A DNA stretch of 63,906 nt, the filler included, from an uncultured bacterium (lineage in GTDB: Bacteria; DAOPZR01): NCBI GenBank assembly GCA_964637655.1. It is 3 parts of 3 records of this genome, joined end to end, with 100 filler letters (N's around TTAATTAATTAA, not from the genome) between each part and the next. Parts side by side here need not be neighbours in the genome. Positions count along the whole stretch, not along the records: positions 1 to 28,042 come from CAZWUZ010000017.1; positions 28,143 to 54,821 come from CAZWUZ010000018.1; 1 more part is not named here. One strand, written 5' to 3'. A program made the translations under genes and the position numbers. Position 1 is the stretch's first letter. Each line of letters starts with the position of its first letter. This document shows, piece by piece, positions 17,976-30,720 of the stretch. The notes under the pieces are model-generated. The model saw only the letters and a list, made by a program, of their open reading frames with translations, ran no database searches and was not told where the DNA came from.

Positions 17976-20900
17976 ATGAAAAGCAAGAAATTCATAGCAA
18001 TGGTTGTCATAACGATGTTGTTTTGTTGTACTACTGCTGCAATGGCGTATGATCGAGTTGCTGCTGCCTCATATGCTACGCGAAACTATAATCGCTCATT
18101 TATGCCACTATATAACTCAGAGGGATTCTTCATTAATCCTGCTGGGGATTGCGCGAATTTTGTTTCGCAATGTCTGATTGCAGGAAATCTAACAATTGAA
18201 ATCCCGGGAAGCACCGGCGTATATACGAATAAATACTACAGTGGAGTAAAAACAGAACAGTATGCAGCAAATCTCTATACATGGCTGGTGAATCCTGTAA
18301 CTGGAAACTTCAAGAGAAATGGGGTTCTATTCCCAAACTATTCTAATGCGTGTCCGATTCAGCCGTGGCTGACGGTGGGAGATGTTGCATTTAAGTGGGA
18401 TTACTTGTCTTACGTATACAATTACACTCCCTTTCATTCTATGTTTGTGCACTCAATTGCTGGGAATAATGTTATAGTTGCTGAGCACACTCCGCAAACG
18501 TTTCATGCAGGAAGACTGGAAAGCATGTTGCCGAGTAATTATCTAGGTGATACGATTCACTTTATCGGATTAAGAGATGCTCCTGTTGTTAAGTATTTAG
18601 GCATATTCTCAATAGCAAATGACACGGCGATATTTGAATGGGTGTACGATAACGATTATGATACAGATGTAATTGGCTACAATAGTTTTGCCACAGATTC
18701 AACTACAGAGTACTACAGACACACGTACAGCGGGTTATTGCCGCAGATTTATACATTCCCATCAGCAACAAACATAGGCATGCGATATACTGGGATGGAC
18801 TTCGCTGAAGGAGTTAGAATTAAAGTCATATTTGATCAAACCATGAAAGCATCTCCGATTCAGGTGACATTTGGAAATGCCCCGGATTACAATCAGATTG
18901 AATTTGCAGCACAACCCGGATATAATAACGGATGGGATAAAACTCTATTCGAGCGAGATACATGGTATGGTGAATTCAAACCCGACCAGAATTACACGGC
19001 ACTTCAACATTCTGCCGAAGGCCCCGGCTGCAGATTCAGAATTGAGGCTCTATCAAATCTGAATGGCGATGAAATGGATGTCGACAACCGGCTGGACAAA
19101 TACACACCCGGGCCGGCGATTCTCCCGATACCCTCGCAATGGAATTCATTCACTTTTGATCCATATCGTCCCGTCATTCATGTATCGAGCAATCCAACCA
19201 CATTTAGCAGCCTGCAGGAAATTCATTCGGATCATGGTTTGATTCCGTATGGCAGAACACCGGCAAACTATCCGCGGATTGACCCGGCGGAAGCAATACC
19301 GTCAATAGCGTTGAAGGTCAGATTCCATGATGATGAGTATTACGAGGATTTTGTTGCTGCCGGGATGAGAATAGGTTCAAAAGTATACAGTGACACCTAC
19401 GTGTATTTCAGCTATCCGAGCGGCATTTCTCCCGCAAATCAAGTGATATATTCGAAAGCACGCATTCCCTATGAATCTACCACGAATTGGCCTGCTCCTT
19501 GCCGCTTTTATTACCGTTGCGACAAGCCATATTCTGTTCCCGGTTCTCCGATTGGTGTCAACTATCCTGGAAGCTACGGGATTCGCTGCAGAATATGGGA
19601 CGAAGCAGGCAACAGCAGCAGCCTGCCGTCGTCGCTGTTTTATGCGGATCCGACATTTATTCAGTCAGCGACTGAAGATCCGCTTTATAGTGATCAGAGC
19701 TGGATGAATGAATACCGGCTGTTTTACGGCTATCCGGCGCCGACGAATCGACGAATTGCTGTTGCATCGAGTTGCGATGGAAATATGTACGGCGCGATAA
19801 GACATGAACCGGGAGTTGCGACTATCGATGTCAGCGAGCACCAAACGTCAGGCGTTCTTGCTGCATCGCGTACGATGATGATGCCACAATTGGAATTGCC
19901 TCTGTGTGCAATGACTCGTGAGGAATATGACAAAGAGTTGGCGAAGTACTGCTCGTTGCATGGGAATACTTCGAGCACAGCAGATAGCGTATATACCGAG
20001 ATACAGACGCTGCTATCTGGCTCCAGTGATGAATATGCCGCCGAGAAGCTGAACACAGCAAGAACAACAGTGCAAATTGAAGAAGAATACTCAGCGCAGT
20101 GTGTAACGGCATTATCGCGGATTACATCAGAATATGGGCGCGACGCGGAAAATGCCTCGTTAGCCGCAAGTGGTGTTGACGCTGAAAAAATCGCGCAGAT
20201 AAAGGAAACTGCAGTGCGCGAAGTGCAGACGCGCTATGCGGCGGAAGAAGCACGTCTGGGGGCGGCACGGCGCGCGCGAATCTTCGAACTCCACGACCAG
20301 ACGAACATCCGCCTGCAGCGGCGGGCATGGGAAGTCCAGCAGGAACTGCAGGCGAAGGTTCGTGAGATCGCGTCGCGGATAACAGGCGACACGATAGTGG
20401 ACCCGGACCCAGCGCCGGAGGCGAATGCTCCGGCGATTGCGTTCGCAGAAGGATTTGCCGGGAGCACGCAGGGAATACTTGCGGACATCTGCGGCACGAT
20501 CAGCGACAGTAACGTGATGCTGTATGCTGCATACTATGGCGATGGGGCCAACCCGACAGCATGGCACCTGATTGGTGATACGCATATTGCCCCTGTGTCG
20601 ATCACTGCCAATACGGACGGCAGCGCCCCGATACTGGCGCGTTGGTTCACGGCGGAGATGTCACGCGGCGAATATTCGATCAAGCTCGTGGCGGTGGACC
20701 GCTTTGGCAACCGCAGCGAGGCGCAGACGACCATCATCACGGGAAGTGTTATCGGTGAGGCAGGCGGCATTGTCACAGCTGACGTGGTGCGCCTGACAGG
20801 GCGCACAGGCGAAGCAATGCCTGAGTACGGGCGCGGCGTGGTTCTGGCAGAGCCGATAGGCCTGATACTCGACGATACGGCTACCTTCACTTACCATTAT

Positions 20901-23900
20901 ACCGATACGCAGGCCGAAGGGTGTGATGAAAGCGAACTGAGGATCTCCTGGCTGGACCCGATTACGAACCAGTGGATAGCGCTGCCGACAACCATAAACG
21001 CGGCGGATAATGTTGCCACGGCGGCGGTGAAGACACTGGGGTATCTGGCACTGACCGCCCCGACGAGGAATATCATCTCGCCTAACAACAGCCCGGAAGT
21101 GAATGATGTATGGCAACTGCCGACGGCGAGCGGCATCGTGACGGATGTTGCGGGCGAGACGGTGTGGACAGTCACAATACCGTACTGGAACGGGCGGAAT
21201 GAGATAGGTGATTATGTCGCCGACGGCGAGTATGTGCTGCACGAGAGTGAAACGAGCCCAGTGACCCATGCGGTGATCGTCGATAACACTGCTCCTTTGG
21301 TGAGCGGACTACAGCTTGCGGTCGATGCGGCGGGAAACCTCAGCGTCACAGGCGCAGTGAGCGACGCCAACCTCGAAAACTTCAGGGTGGTGCTGGAAGG
21401 GAACTATGCCGGCGAGGAGAAGACGCTGGCGACGCGCTACGCCAACTGCGAAGGAGTGTTGGCGACGGGAAGCGTTGCCGGCGTGGCCGGGCAGCGCGTG
21501 GTGATCTATGCACGTGATTTGGCGGGGAATGAGGCAAGCGCCAGCGCGGAATTGGCATCGGCGGCCACGGTGAAAGAACTCTGGTGCGACCAGGGGTGGA
21601 TAGCCCCCGAGGTTGAAAGCCCGGATGTGCCGCACAGCGCGGAATTCAGTTGGGAACTGACCGGCGGCGCGGAGAGCGCGGCGCTGCGCATCGAGAATGA
21701 AACCGGGGCAGTGGCGACAGTGCGCGACGGCCTGACGGTCGGCGCCGGGATGGCGGCATGGCTGGGGATTGACAATGACAGTGCGGCGGTCCCGGCAGGG
21801 AAGTATGTATATCGTATTGCCGGCGCGGCCGGCGACGAGATCAGCTACCTGCGCTATTTCACAGTTCCGACAGGCGAGCTTGCCAACTATGTGAAGGCGG
21901 TCGGGGGAGCGGGCGAATACTGCATCGCGGACAACCGTATCGCGTTTGTGCCGGCTGACGGCACGGCGACAAGCTATCTCACGGAGGCGGGGCGCTTTGA
22001 GTCGCTGCAGGACATAGCCAAGGACGCGGAAGGGAATATCTGGGCGCTGGACAGCGGGCGCTGTACGCTGGAGAAACTGTCTTCGGCTGGTGCAACGCTC
22101 CTAAGCTGCGGCGGCTACGGCACGAACCCTGGGGAGTATCTGGACCCGGTGGCGCTGGCGAGCGGCGAGGGTGCGGTATATGTGCTGGACGGCGTAAGCG
22201 GGCGTATCGATCGGCGCGACAGCTGGGGGCGCCTGACCAACTGGAACTATGCGGTGGCTGGGGCGAAGGCGCTGGGTGTGAATGGCGCAACGCTGTATGC
22301 GCAGGCGAATGACAGCACCATCGTGGAATACGCGCTGGGCGGCGGCATTATCGAGGTCAAGGACCTGATCGCGAATATCAGCATCCCGACCCCGGACGCC
22401 ATGGTGCGCGCGAATGTGCCGATCTTCGGCCTGGCGTGCGGCAAGAACTTCCAGGATTATCGGGTGGAATACGGGCAGGGCTGGAATCCGGACACATGGG
22501 TGACGATGATCTGGTCCGAATCGCCGCAGAATGACGACATCGAACCGAACGAGCTGATCAGCGGCGACCGGACGATCGAGGGGAATCTCGCGACCTGGGC
22601 GACCGGCCTGACGGAATACGACTATAGCCAATATGACCCGCGCTGCGTGGATCAGGGGATAGACGGTCCGTATACGGTGCGGCTGACAGTGCGCAACCAG
22701 AGCGGCAAGGAAGCGCAGGACAGCGTGAAGGTGACGGTTGGCCGAGTGATGAGTAATACTTACGCGGGGACCGTGATCAGCGAGGACGGGCTGGTAGTGT
22801 TGGTAGTGCCGGAACAGTCCCTGAACCGCGACTTCCTCATCATGAGCATAGCGGGAACAGACCTGGCGCCGGCAGTTCCGGCGGATCAGGCGCTGCTGGG
22901 GAAGGTGTATGAGTTCCGGCCGGCAGGCACGACGTTTACGCGCCCCTGCACGATGGAGTGGTCGGTGCCGGCTTCACTGCTGGATGCTGACGGCGACGGG
23001 GTCGCGGATTACGACACGACGAGCGTTGGCATCTACCAGTACAACCCGGAGAGCCGGGTCTGGACCGGTATCGGCGGGAGCTGGCAGACGAGTGGCGGCG
23101 TGACGTACGTTGGCGCGGATGTCATGGGGCTCGCTTCGGGGCGTGGCTACTATGCCCTGCTGACGGACACTATGGCGCCGGCGGCGCCGGTGCTGCAGCA
23201 GGCGGTGAGCCCGACCGAGGCGGCAACGGCGGTGCTGCGCGGCAGTGCGGAGCCGAACAGCCATATCGAGATTTCAAGCAACGATACCGTGGCAGCGAAG
23301 ACGACCGTGGCGGCGGACGGCACGTTCTGGGCGCAGGTGGCGTTGGCTGAAGGGAATAACGTCTTTACCGCCGTGGCGATTGACGGGCTGGGACAGCGGA
23401 GCGGAGCTTCTAACTCGGTGACTGTGACGCGTCAGCGGAAGGAGCCGACGGTAGCCAGCACGTTGACCTGCCTGAATGCGAACTTCACGCCGCTGGCGAC
23501 AGCGGAAGTGGCGTCGAACACGGTTATTGGGCTGGAACTGACGGGGACCGATGCGGATGCGAATACGCGTAACCGTGCCGGAGTAAGCGTGACCTGCGGT
23601 GAACTGACGGCAACGGTGGAACTGATCGAGACTGGGCTGAACAGCGGAGTATACCGCGGGCAGTGGCGCGTGCCGTATGCGGCTGAACTGGCGGATGGCA
23701 CGGAGATCGTGTTTGCGGCGGTTGCGGATGCGAATTGCCGGGCGACGCTGGCCTATCGCGACACGCTGGCACCGCGCATCACGGCGCTGAGCATCGACGG
23801 TCAGGCGGCAACACGCGAGAATTTTGACGATGGCGGTCTTGGCGGCTGGAGCGCCGGGGCAGACGGACGCGTGGAAAACATTGCGCGCGATGATTCGGGG

Positions 23901-26900
23901 CAGGACCGCGTGCTGCGGGCGACCGCAACGCATACCGGGGGGAACTTCCGGCTCGATTGGGCTGGGGCGCCGTTCAATGTGGACGAGCGGCAGTTGCTGT
24001 CGTTTGACTATCGCATGTCACCCGAGACGAAGCTGAACCTGCTGGTGAAGGCGGACGGACGTTGGTATGACCTGCTGCTGACCGACGACCCGAAGCTGAA
24101 ATACTACGATGTGAACATGGAGGAATTGGCAGACCTGAACGGCCAGGCGGACGGCGCATGGCATTCGGTGACCGTGGACCTCGGCGCGGAACTGGAGCGG
24201 GTGACGCAGTCGCGCACAGTGGAAGCGCTCTGTTTCGCGGATTGGGACGTGCAGGGCTTCATGAAGCTGGTCCCCGGCGGTGCGAATCCGGTTGGAGCAT
24301 GGCTGGAACTGGATAATGTGAGCATCAGCGGCGCGATCCGGACGCCGGTGACGGCGCGTGCGGAGGTCGCGGACGCGTCGGGAGTGGAGAATATCGGCTG
24401 GCAACTGGCGGATAACGGCGTGCCCGCGCCGGAGATAGCGTGGGCAGGCGCGGCATACGAGCTGCCGGCAACCGAAAATGTGGGGCTCAGCACACTGACA
24501 GCAACGGCGAAGGACGCGCGCGGCAACAGCGCAAGCGCGGTGATGCCGGTATTCATCGATAATGCGGCGCCGCAGATCGGGGAGCCGCGCGAAACCCATT
24601 TCTCGGCGCACGGCACGCTGCGGCTGCCTGTGTTCGAGATCGGGAGCGGGGTTGCCACAAGCAGCGTGGTTCTGGAGATTGGCGGCACGCAGCTGACGGT
24701 ATCAGATACGCGGCTGGTTTACCGTGACGGTGAACTGCAGGTATCGGGAAGCGGTTTTGCGTTCGCCAACGGCGCGGATGTGTCTGTGCGGCTGGTGCAG
24801 TTGTACGACCGGGCCGGGAACGCCGCGGCGGATCTGCCGAAGGAATGGACGCTGCCGTGGCGCGAGGAGCGCGTGCTGATCACCGAAGTGGACGCGCAGG
24901 GAGACGATTTTGGCAACGATGGCGGCAGCTGGATCGAGCTGTACTGCGCGGCCGGGCCGGTGGAGATCAGCGGGGCCTCAATCACCGATTACGAGCACAA
25001 TACCGATCCCGGCATGCCGCTGGCGAATGCTCCAGTGACAATGCAGACCGGCGAGTACGCGGTGGTGCATATCGGGCAGGGAGCGGACGAGACAGACGAT
25101 GGCAGCGGCGGCTGGACCGACTGGAACAGCAACGGCATACGCGACCTGTATTATGCCAACGGGATGTCAGTGCGTCAGATCGAGGATGGCGTGGCGCTGC
25201 TGTACAACGGTGTCATGGACGCGGTGGTCTGGAAGCAGAACCCGTCGGTGCCGGTGAACGAGTACGAATGGGACGATTTCTTCACGCTGGTTGATGAGGG
25301 AGCGTGGGAATACTCTGGTGGCAGCTTCGCGCAGATGGTCGCGGACCTTGCCGGCGGCAGCCATATCGCCCGCAAGAGCCCGACGCTGGACACCAACCGG
25401 CGCGAGGACTGGACAGCGATCGCGAGCGGCACACCGGGAACAGAAAACGTCATCGTGGTCGACCTTATGCCGCCCGGCACCCCGACCGGCGTGAGCGCGA
25501 CCGGCGGCGAGCGCAGCATCTCGGTGGCATGGAATGCGGTGGCTGACACGGATGTGGCCGCGTATCAGGTCTATCGCAACGATATTGCGGGTCCGGCGGC
25601 GACGGTGGCCGGGCTGGCGTGGACCGATGCCGGCGTGACGGTGGGGACGACGTATCGCTACAGCGTGGCGGCGGTCGATGCTAGCGACAATGTGGGGCGC
25701 GCCAGCGGCAGCGTGGGCGCAGCGGCGTTCGCGACCCCAAGCGCGCCTGTGCTCCTGCAGCCAGACCCGGAGCGCGTGGGTGTTGCAGAGCTGACGCTGA
25801 ACGGTATCGCGGAGCAGGCGGGGAGCGTGGCCATCAACACGGCAGCCGGTGAACTGGCGGCGACGGCCGACGTGCCGGCCGGCAGCGGAGAACTGCTGCT
25901 TGGTGCTGATGAACTGGTGAATGTGTACGGTTGCCAGTATCGCGTGGACGAGGTGCAGACGGCAGAAGGGGTGCGCGCAGTATCGTACTACACACTGGCA
26001 ACCCCGCCGGAGATGAAGATGAGCACCCCGTTCGCGAATCGTATGGGCGGATGGGAATCGGCTGACGGGTGGGACGATTGGCGTTCAGACGGCATACTGC
26101 GCAATGGTGCCGGCCACCTGCTGGTGTATAACTATCTGCAACTGCAGGATTACACTCTGCGGCTGTGCGTGCGGCCGGTGAGCGGGAACACTGCTTTCTG
26201 GTTTGGTGCGCGCAACGACAACGGCTATCGCATCACATTCGATGCGAATGGCGGGCCGGCGAAGCTGCAGCGGACGCTGTACGGTGCGATGACCGAGTTG
26301 GGTGCGTGGTCCGGCCCGGCAGCAGGTGTCTGGTCGGAGATTGCGATCGCGAAGAAGGGGACGCAGTTGCTGCTGCTGCAGGACGGGGCGGCGGTGTTGA
26401 GCGTGAGCGACAACCAAGCCCTCCCGAGTTGGTGCAACGCGCTGTACATTGACAACCGCGGCGGCAACGCGGAATATGACTATGTGGAAGCCTTCCGGGG
26501 AGACCTGGTGGGTGTGGTGGCGACACGGCCCCTGGCGCGGGTGCATACCGGCGCGGTCACGGGAGTACGTGTCGACGGCGATGCCGGTTCCGGAACCATG
26601 CAGTGTGAGGTGGAAGACAGCGGCACAACGGCGCAGCCGGTTACTGAGTCGGGAGTGACGGTTGCCGGTGACAATTACCGCGTGCTGGCAACGCTGTGGC
26701 GCGGCAACGACGACGGTGCTGCGCCGGTCCTGCGCGCTCTGCATGTTGATCGTGCGGCAGGGTTCAGTGCGAATGTGCCGCTGGAGGTTGGGGATAACCA
26801 GTTTACCGCCGCGCAGACAGTAAACGGGACGATCTATACGGGAAATACGGTAAGCGTGACGTGCGTTGACGTGCCGGCGCTGCGGATTACGGAAATCGGG

Positions 26901-28042
26901 CTGGAGAACGGGACGCTGAATGGCGGCTATGTCGAGATCGAGAATGCCGGCAGCGAGCCGGTAATGCTGACGGACCTGCGCCTTGGTGTGGGGACGGCCG
27001 ACAACGAGTCACTGGGCATCTATGGCGACGCAGGAATGCCGGTAGGGCCGCTGGCCCCGGGTTCCCGGGCACTGTGCCACGCCGCGCGTCCCGACATCCT
27101 CTCCGAAAACGAGGCGACGGGCGACCTGAACGGTAACGGTGTGCTGGACGTGAGCTATGAGGATTGGCTCGACCTGAACGTACAGCAGACGCTGATGCTG
27201 GTCTGGCAGGGCGCGATCGTAGACGCCGTGCCGATGATTGGCGCAGGCGAGCAGAACGCCGCAGAGCAGCAGGCAGACCTGATGCGGACGCTGACCTCGC
27301 AGGGATATTGGCAGGGAAGCCGTCTGGCTGCCGGGAACACGCGGCTGGGGCGCACGGCGCTGTCGCGGCTGGAGGGGACGGAAGGGAATCAGGCGGTCGA
27401 CTGGCTGCTGACTCGCCCGACCCCGGGCGCGGCGAACAGCGCCTTACCGGTTCCGGCTGCCGGGCAGGTGCTGATCAACGAACTGGCACTTGATCCGTCC
27501 GCGCCGTGGGTGGAGATTCTGGGGATCGTTGGCGAGTGTGATGCCGGCGCGCTTTGGCTGACCGATTACGACGGCGAGGAGATCGGGCCGCTGACGGCAT
27601 CGCCGCAGGCGCTGACAGCGGGCGGGCGGCTGGTTGCCGCGCTGCCTGTCGACCGGCTGGAGAACGCGGACGGGCTGGTGGCGATTTCGGGTTGGCAGGC
27701 ACTGGACGCAGTGGTGTGGCAGATGCCCGGAATCAGTATCAGCTATGACGAGTTGGAAGATTATCGGACCATTTGTGATGCGGGACAGTGGCTGGGCGAA
27801 CTTGTGGAAAAGTCGCAGGACGCTATGCTGCTGGGACGCATACCGGACGGACAGGAGAGCAACAGCGCGGCTGACTGGCGAGTCGTTCTGCCGACGCCGG
27901 GCGCGGTAAACGCCCGCGACGAGCAGGGCCCGCAGGTGACGGTGAGCGTAACCCCGGCGCAGTTCGAGCCGCTGGGAACACAAGGTGAGACGTATTGCGT
28001 GATCACGGTCACGGTGCAGGATCCGACCGATGCGCAGACGCG
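17976..28042 (+). CDS. Giant secreted protein (>3300 aa, truncated by contig end): N-terminal putative amidase domain, coiled coil, Ig/FlgD-like, NHL-like, FN3, several LTDs
   Basis: Signal peptide, then YDRVAAASYA...GDCANFVSQCLIAG...H (Amidase_6/NlpC-P60-like); WNGRN..G..V.DG.Y FlgD-like; PPGTPTGVSA FN3; ITE../INE..PTPG LTDs. Confidence 0.85.
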
Positions 28043-28142
28043 NNNNNNNNNNNNNNNNNNNNNNNNNNNNNNNNNNNNNNNNNNNNTTAATTAATTAANN
28101 NNNNNNNNNNNNNNNNNNNNNNNNNNNNNNNNNNNNNNNNNN
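28043..28142. other. Artificial contig linker
   Basis: 44 N + TTAATTAATTAA (stops in six frames) + 44 N. Confidence 0.98.
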
Positions 28143-29170
28143 CGCGTCAATGGCTGCGCCGCATAGGTTGCCACTGCTGCCGGTTCCGCCGGCACGAGCG
28201 GATTGGCCCGGAACCCTAAACTGTCAAAAGCGACGCGCAACCCGAAACGGTGGGTATTGCCCAAATCACCGCGCGGCACAAAAGCATAGTCAAGCGTAAA
28301 GCCCGCGTACTGGAACGCCCCTCCGACACTCATGGCGTCCATGCCATGAAAGTCGGTTCCCGCCTCGTAGCCGGTGCGCAGCGCAAAGTAGTCGGTAACC
28401 TGATACTCAATGCCGCCGCTGACATAGGCCGTGGCATCGTTCGGGAAACTGATGTCGGCGGCCAGCAGCAGGGCCGGTGTCCAGTGATACGCCACGCCCC
28501 CCTTGAGCACCATGGGCAGTTTCGCCGCCTGCCTGACGAACGTTATCGGCGGCCCGAGATTCAGCGCCGCCAGCCCGAAACTCCATTGTCGGGTTGGACG
28601 ATACAGCAGCCCCAGGTCAACTGCCCAGCCGCGGGCCGTGGCATCCGCCAGGCGCTCGTCGAGGTAGCGCCCGGTAATGCCCAGCGCCACCTGCGGGTAT
28701 ACCGCCCAGGCCGCACTCAGGCCGACAGCGATATCCTGATTGCTGAAGGAGTTCAGGTCGGACAGTTCCGTGCGATAGTTGTCCGTAACCTGGGCCGCGA
28801 TGACGTCAGCCCCGAACGTATACTGCGGGCCGTACGGGATGGCCAGCGCAACATACTGGTGGGTGATGCCGCCAAACTCACTCAGATGCTGCGCGGCCGC
28901 CTGGAACGAAGTCAGTTGCGCCAGACCGGCCGGATTCCACCGCGCGGCATACACGTCGTCAGCGATGCCCACGTAGGTGCCGCCCAGCGCCGCCGCCCGC
29001 GCCCCCGCCCCGAGTTTCAAAAACGCCGCACCGGAAGTACCGTCAGCCCCGGCCAGGGCGACCGTACTGGACAGCAGCACCAGTGCTGCCACTATTCCCG
29101 GCAACGCGCGCAGCCACCTGCCCGCTTCGCGATACGGCCATTGCCGGGTGCAGCATTCCTGATGTGTCAT
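28143..29170 (-). CDS. PorV/PorQ (UPF0164)-family outer-membrane beta-barrel, 3' end truncated
   Basis: GAAFLKLGAGARAAALG...WNPAGLA...DYAFVP.GDLGNTHRF. Confidence 0.9.
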
Positions 29171-29180
29171 CTGCCTTCTC

Positions 29181-30644
29181 CTATCGGATCATGGTCAGTT
29201 TGCGGACCACCGTGCCGGCCGCTGATTGCACGACATACACGTAGGTGCCGCTCGCCACCATTTCTCCGGACTCGCTGCGCCCGTCCCAGCGCGCCACATT
29301 CTCCGGCGCAGTAACCGTGATTTCCTCACCCGCGCGCAGGGTGCGCAGCAATTGCGCGGCGATGTTGTAGATGGCGATGACCATGCCCGGATCGGACGGC
29401 AGCTGGTGGATGGTGACGTCCCCGTCGCGGTCGGGATAGTACGGGTTCGGCCAGCTGCGCACGCGCTCGAGATCGGCAACCGCAAGCGCCAGCCAGGTCG
29501 CCTGCACCGCTATCGCCGGCACGGTGTCGGCCCCGTCCGGATCATAGGTCACCGTGAGCAGGCCGCCATTGCCCACCCGGATGGCATCGCTCTGTGACAG
29601 CCCCTGCGTAAATCCGACCGTGCCCGTAAAACAGCCCGTGGTCAGCCCGGTCTCCGTCAGGAGCACCGTGATGCCGGTCGCATCGGCAGTCGAAGTGACA
29701 CGCACCCTGACGGTGTTGATCACGCCCGGCGGCGTATCCTGCACTGCGTCCGTCACCGTAATGCGCATCGGCCCGGCCAGTCCATGGTAGACCGCCTGAT
29801 CGAGAATCAGGTGGTAGTCGACAACCATGATCGCCACCGTATCAGTAATCCCGGCGTCGCTGATGCCGAGGTGCACGGTATCGAAACAGTCGCTGAGGGT
29901 CAGCACGCCATGCCACACCCCGTGGCTCCACCCCGCCGCCGCCAGCATGCCCGGCGCCACGCTGCCGGTATCGACCTGCAGCGTCGCTGCCGTGACGTAG
30001 GCATCGATGGGGTTGCTGTCGCTGTCGTAAGCGGTGACCGTAATGGAGAACGCCACCCCGGCATACACTGCCGGCGGCGCGCCGATGCCGAACGTTGCCA
30101 GCAGCGGCGCCGCAGCCAGCACGAAGTGATGCAGTTGCTGTCCCGCCCGCCTGATGGTGGCGGTGGCGGAATCACACGCCGTGGCAGTGGCGGTGGAAAC
30201 CGCGCCAACCGAGACGGTGTCAGTAACCACGCCGCCACCGCCCGGAATCCACACCGCCACCCTGAACCGCAGCACCTGATCCGCCGCCAGCTGCTGTACT
30301 GCCGGCAACGGCGCACTGCCAATGCTGTCGTACAGTTGCGTGTGCCAGTTCAGCCGCGAAACCGCCGCCAGCGTCACCGTGTCAGGCAGACCGGATTCGT
30401 TGGTGGTGCTGAACGGCAGCCATACCGTGTCGCCGGCAGTGGCGATCAGCCAGGTATCGCCGGCAACCGCCAGCCAGTTGCCCATGACCATGTCGCACTG
30501 CGCCGTCACGACAGACGCACTGGTTTGTCGGGTCAGGGTGCACGAATTGGTGATGAGCGTGCCCACCGGCGTCATGGCTGCGGCGGCGCCCGACCAGGCC
30601 AGCACGAGGCAGACCACCAGCATGCCGGGCAGGACACGCGTCAT
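29181..30644 (-). CDS. Secreted Ig-like protein with N-terminal GTLITN strand and C-terminal FlgD/T9SS-type CTD
   Basis: Signal peptide, then MTPVGTLITNSCTL; C-terminus WPNPY...IYNIAAQLLRTL...WDGR...VASGTYVY...RKLTMIR. Confidence 0.85.
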   Translation of the reverse strand: MTRVLPGMLVVCLVLAWSGAAAAMTPVGTLITNSCTLTRQTSASVVTAQCDMVMGNWLAVAGDTWLIATAGDTVWLPFSTTNESGLPDTVTLAAVSRLNWHTQLYDSIGSAPLPAVQQLAADQVLRFRVAVWIPGGGGVVTDTVSVGAVSTATATACDSATATIRRAGQQLHHFVLAAAPLLATFGIGAPPAVYAGVAFSITVTAYDSDSNPIDAYVTAATLQVDTGSVAPGMLAAAGWSHGVWHGVLTLSDCFDTVHLGISDAGITDTVAIMVVDYHLILDQAVYHGLAGPMRITVTDAVQDTPPGVINTVRVRVTSTADATGITVLLTETGLTTGCFTGTVGFTQGLSQSDAIRVGNGGLLTVTYDPDGADTVPAIAVQATWLALAVADLERVRSWPNPYYPDRDGDVTIHQLPSDPGMVIAIYNIAAQLLRTLRAGEEITVTAPENVARWDGRSESGEMVASGTYVYVVQSAAGTVVRKLTMIR

Positions 30645-30720
30645 ACACCGCGCCCCGCTACGCCACACAAGGTGCCCCGGCAGACCGGATCAGGCGCATG
30701 ACAGCGTCGTTCCTGTCTGC

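Noticed and set aside
28043-28142. TTAATTAATTAA palindrome, and apparent convergence of the giant amidase gene on the PorV locus
   Set aside because: Synthetic six-frame-stop linker; the contigs need not be adjacent. The shared GACGCG at both contig ends is only 6 bp.
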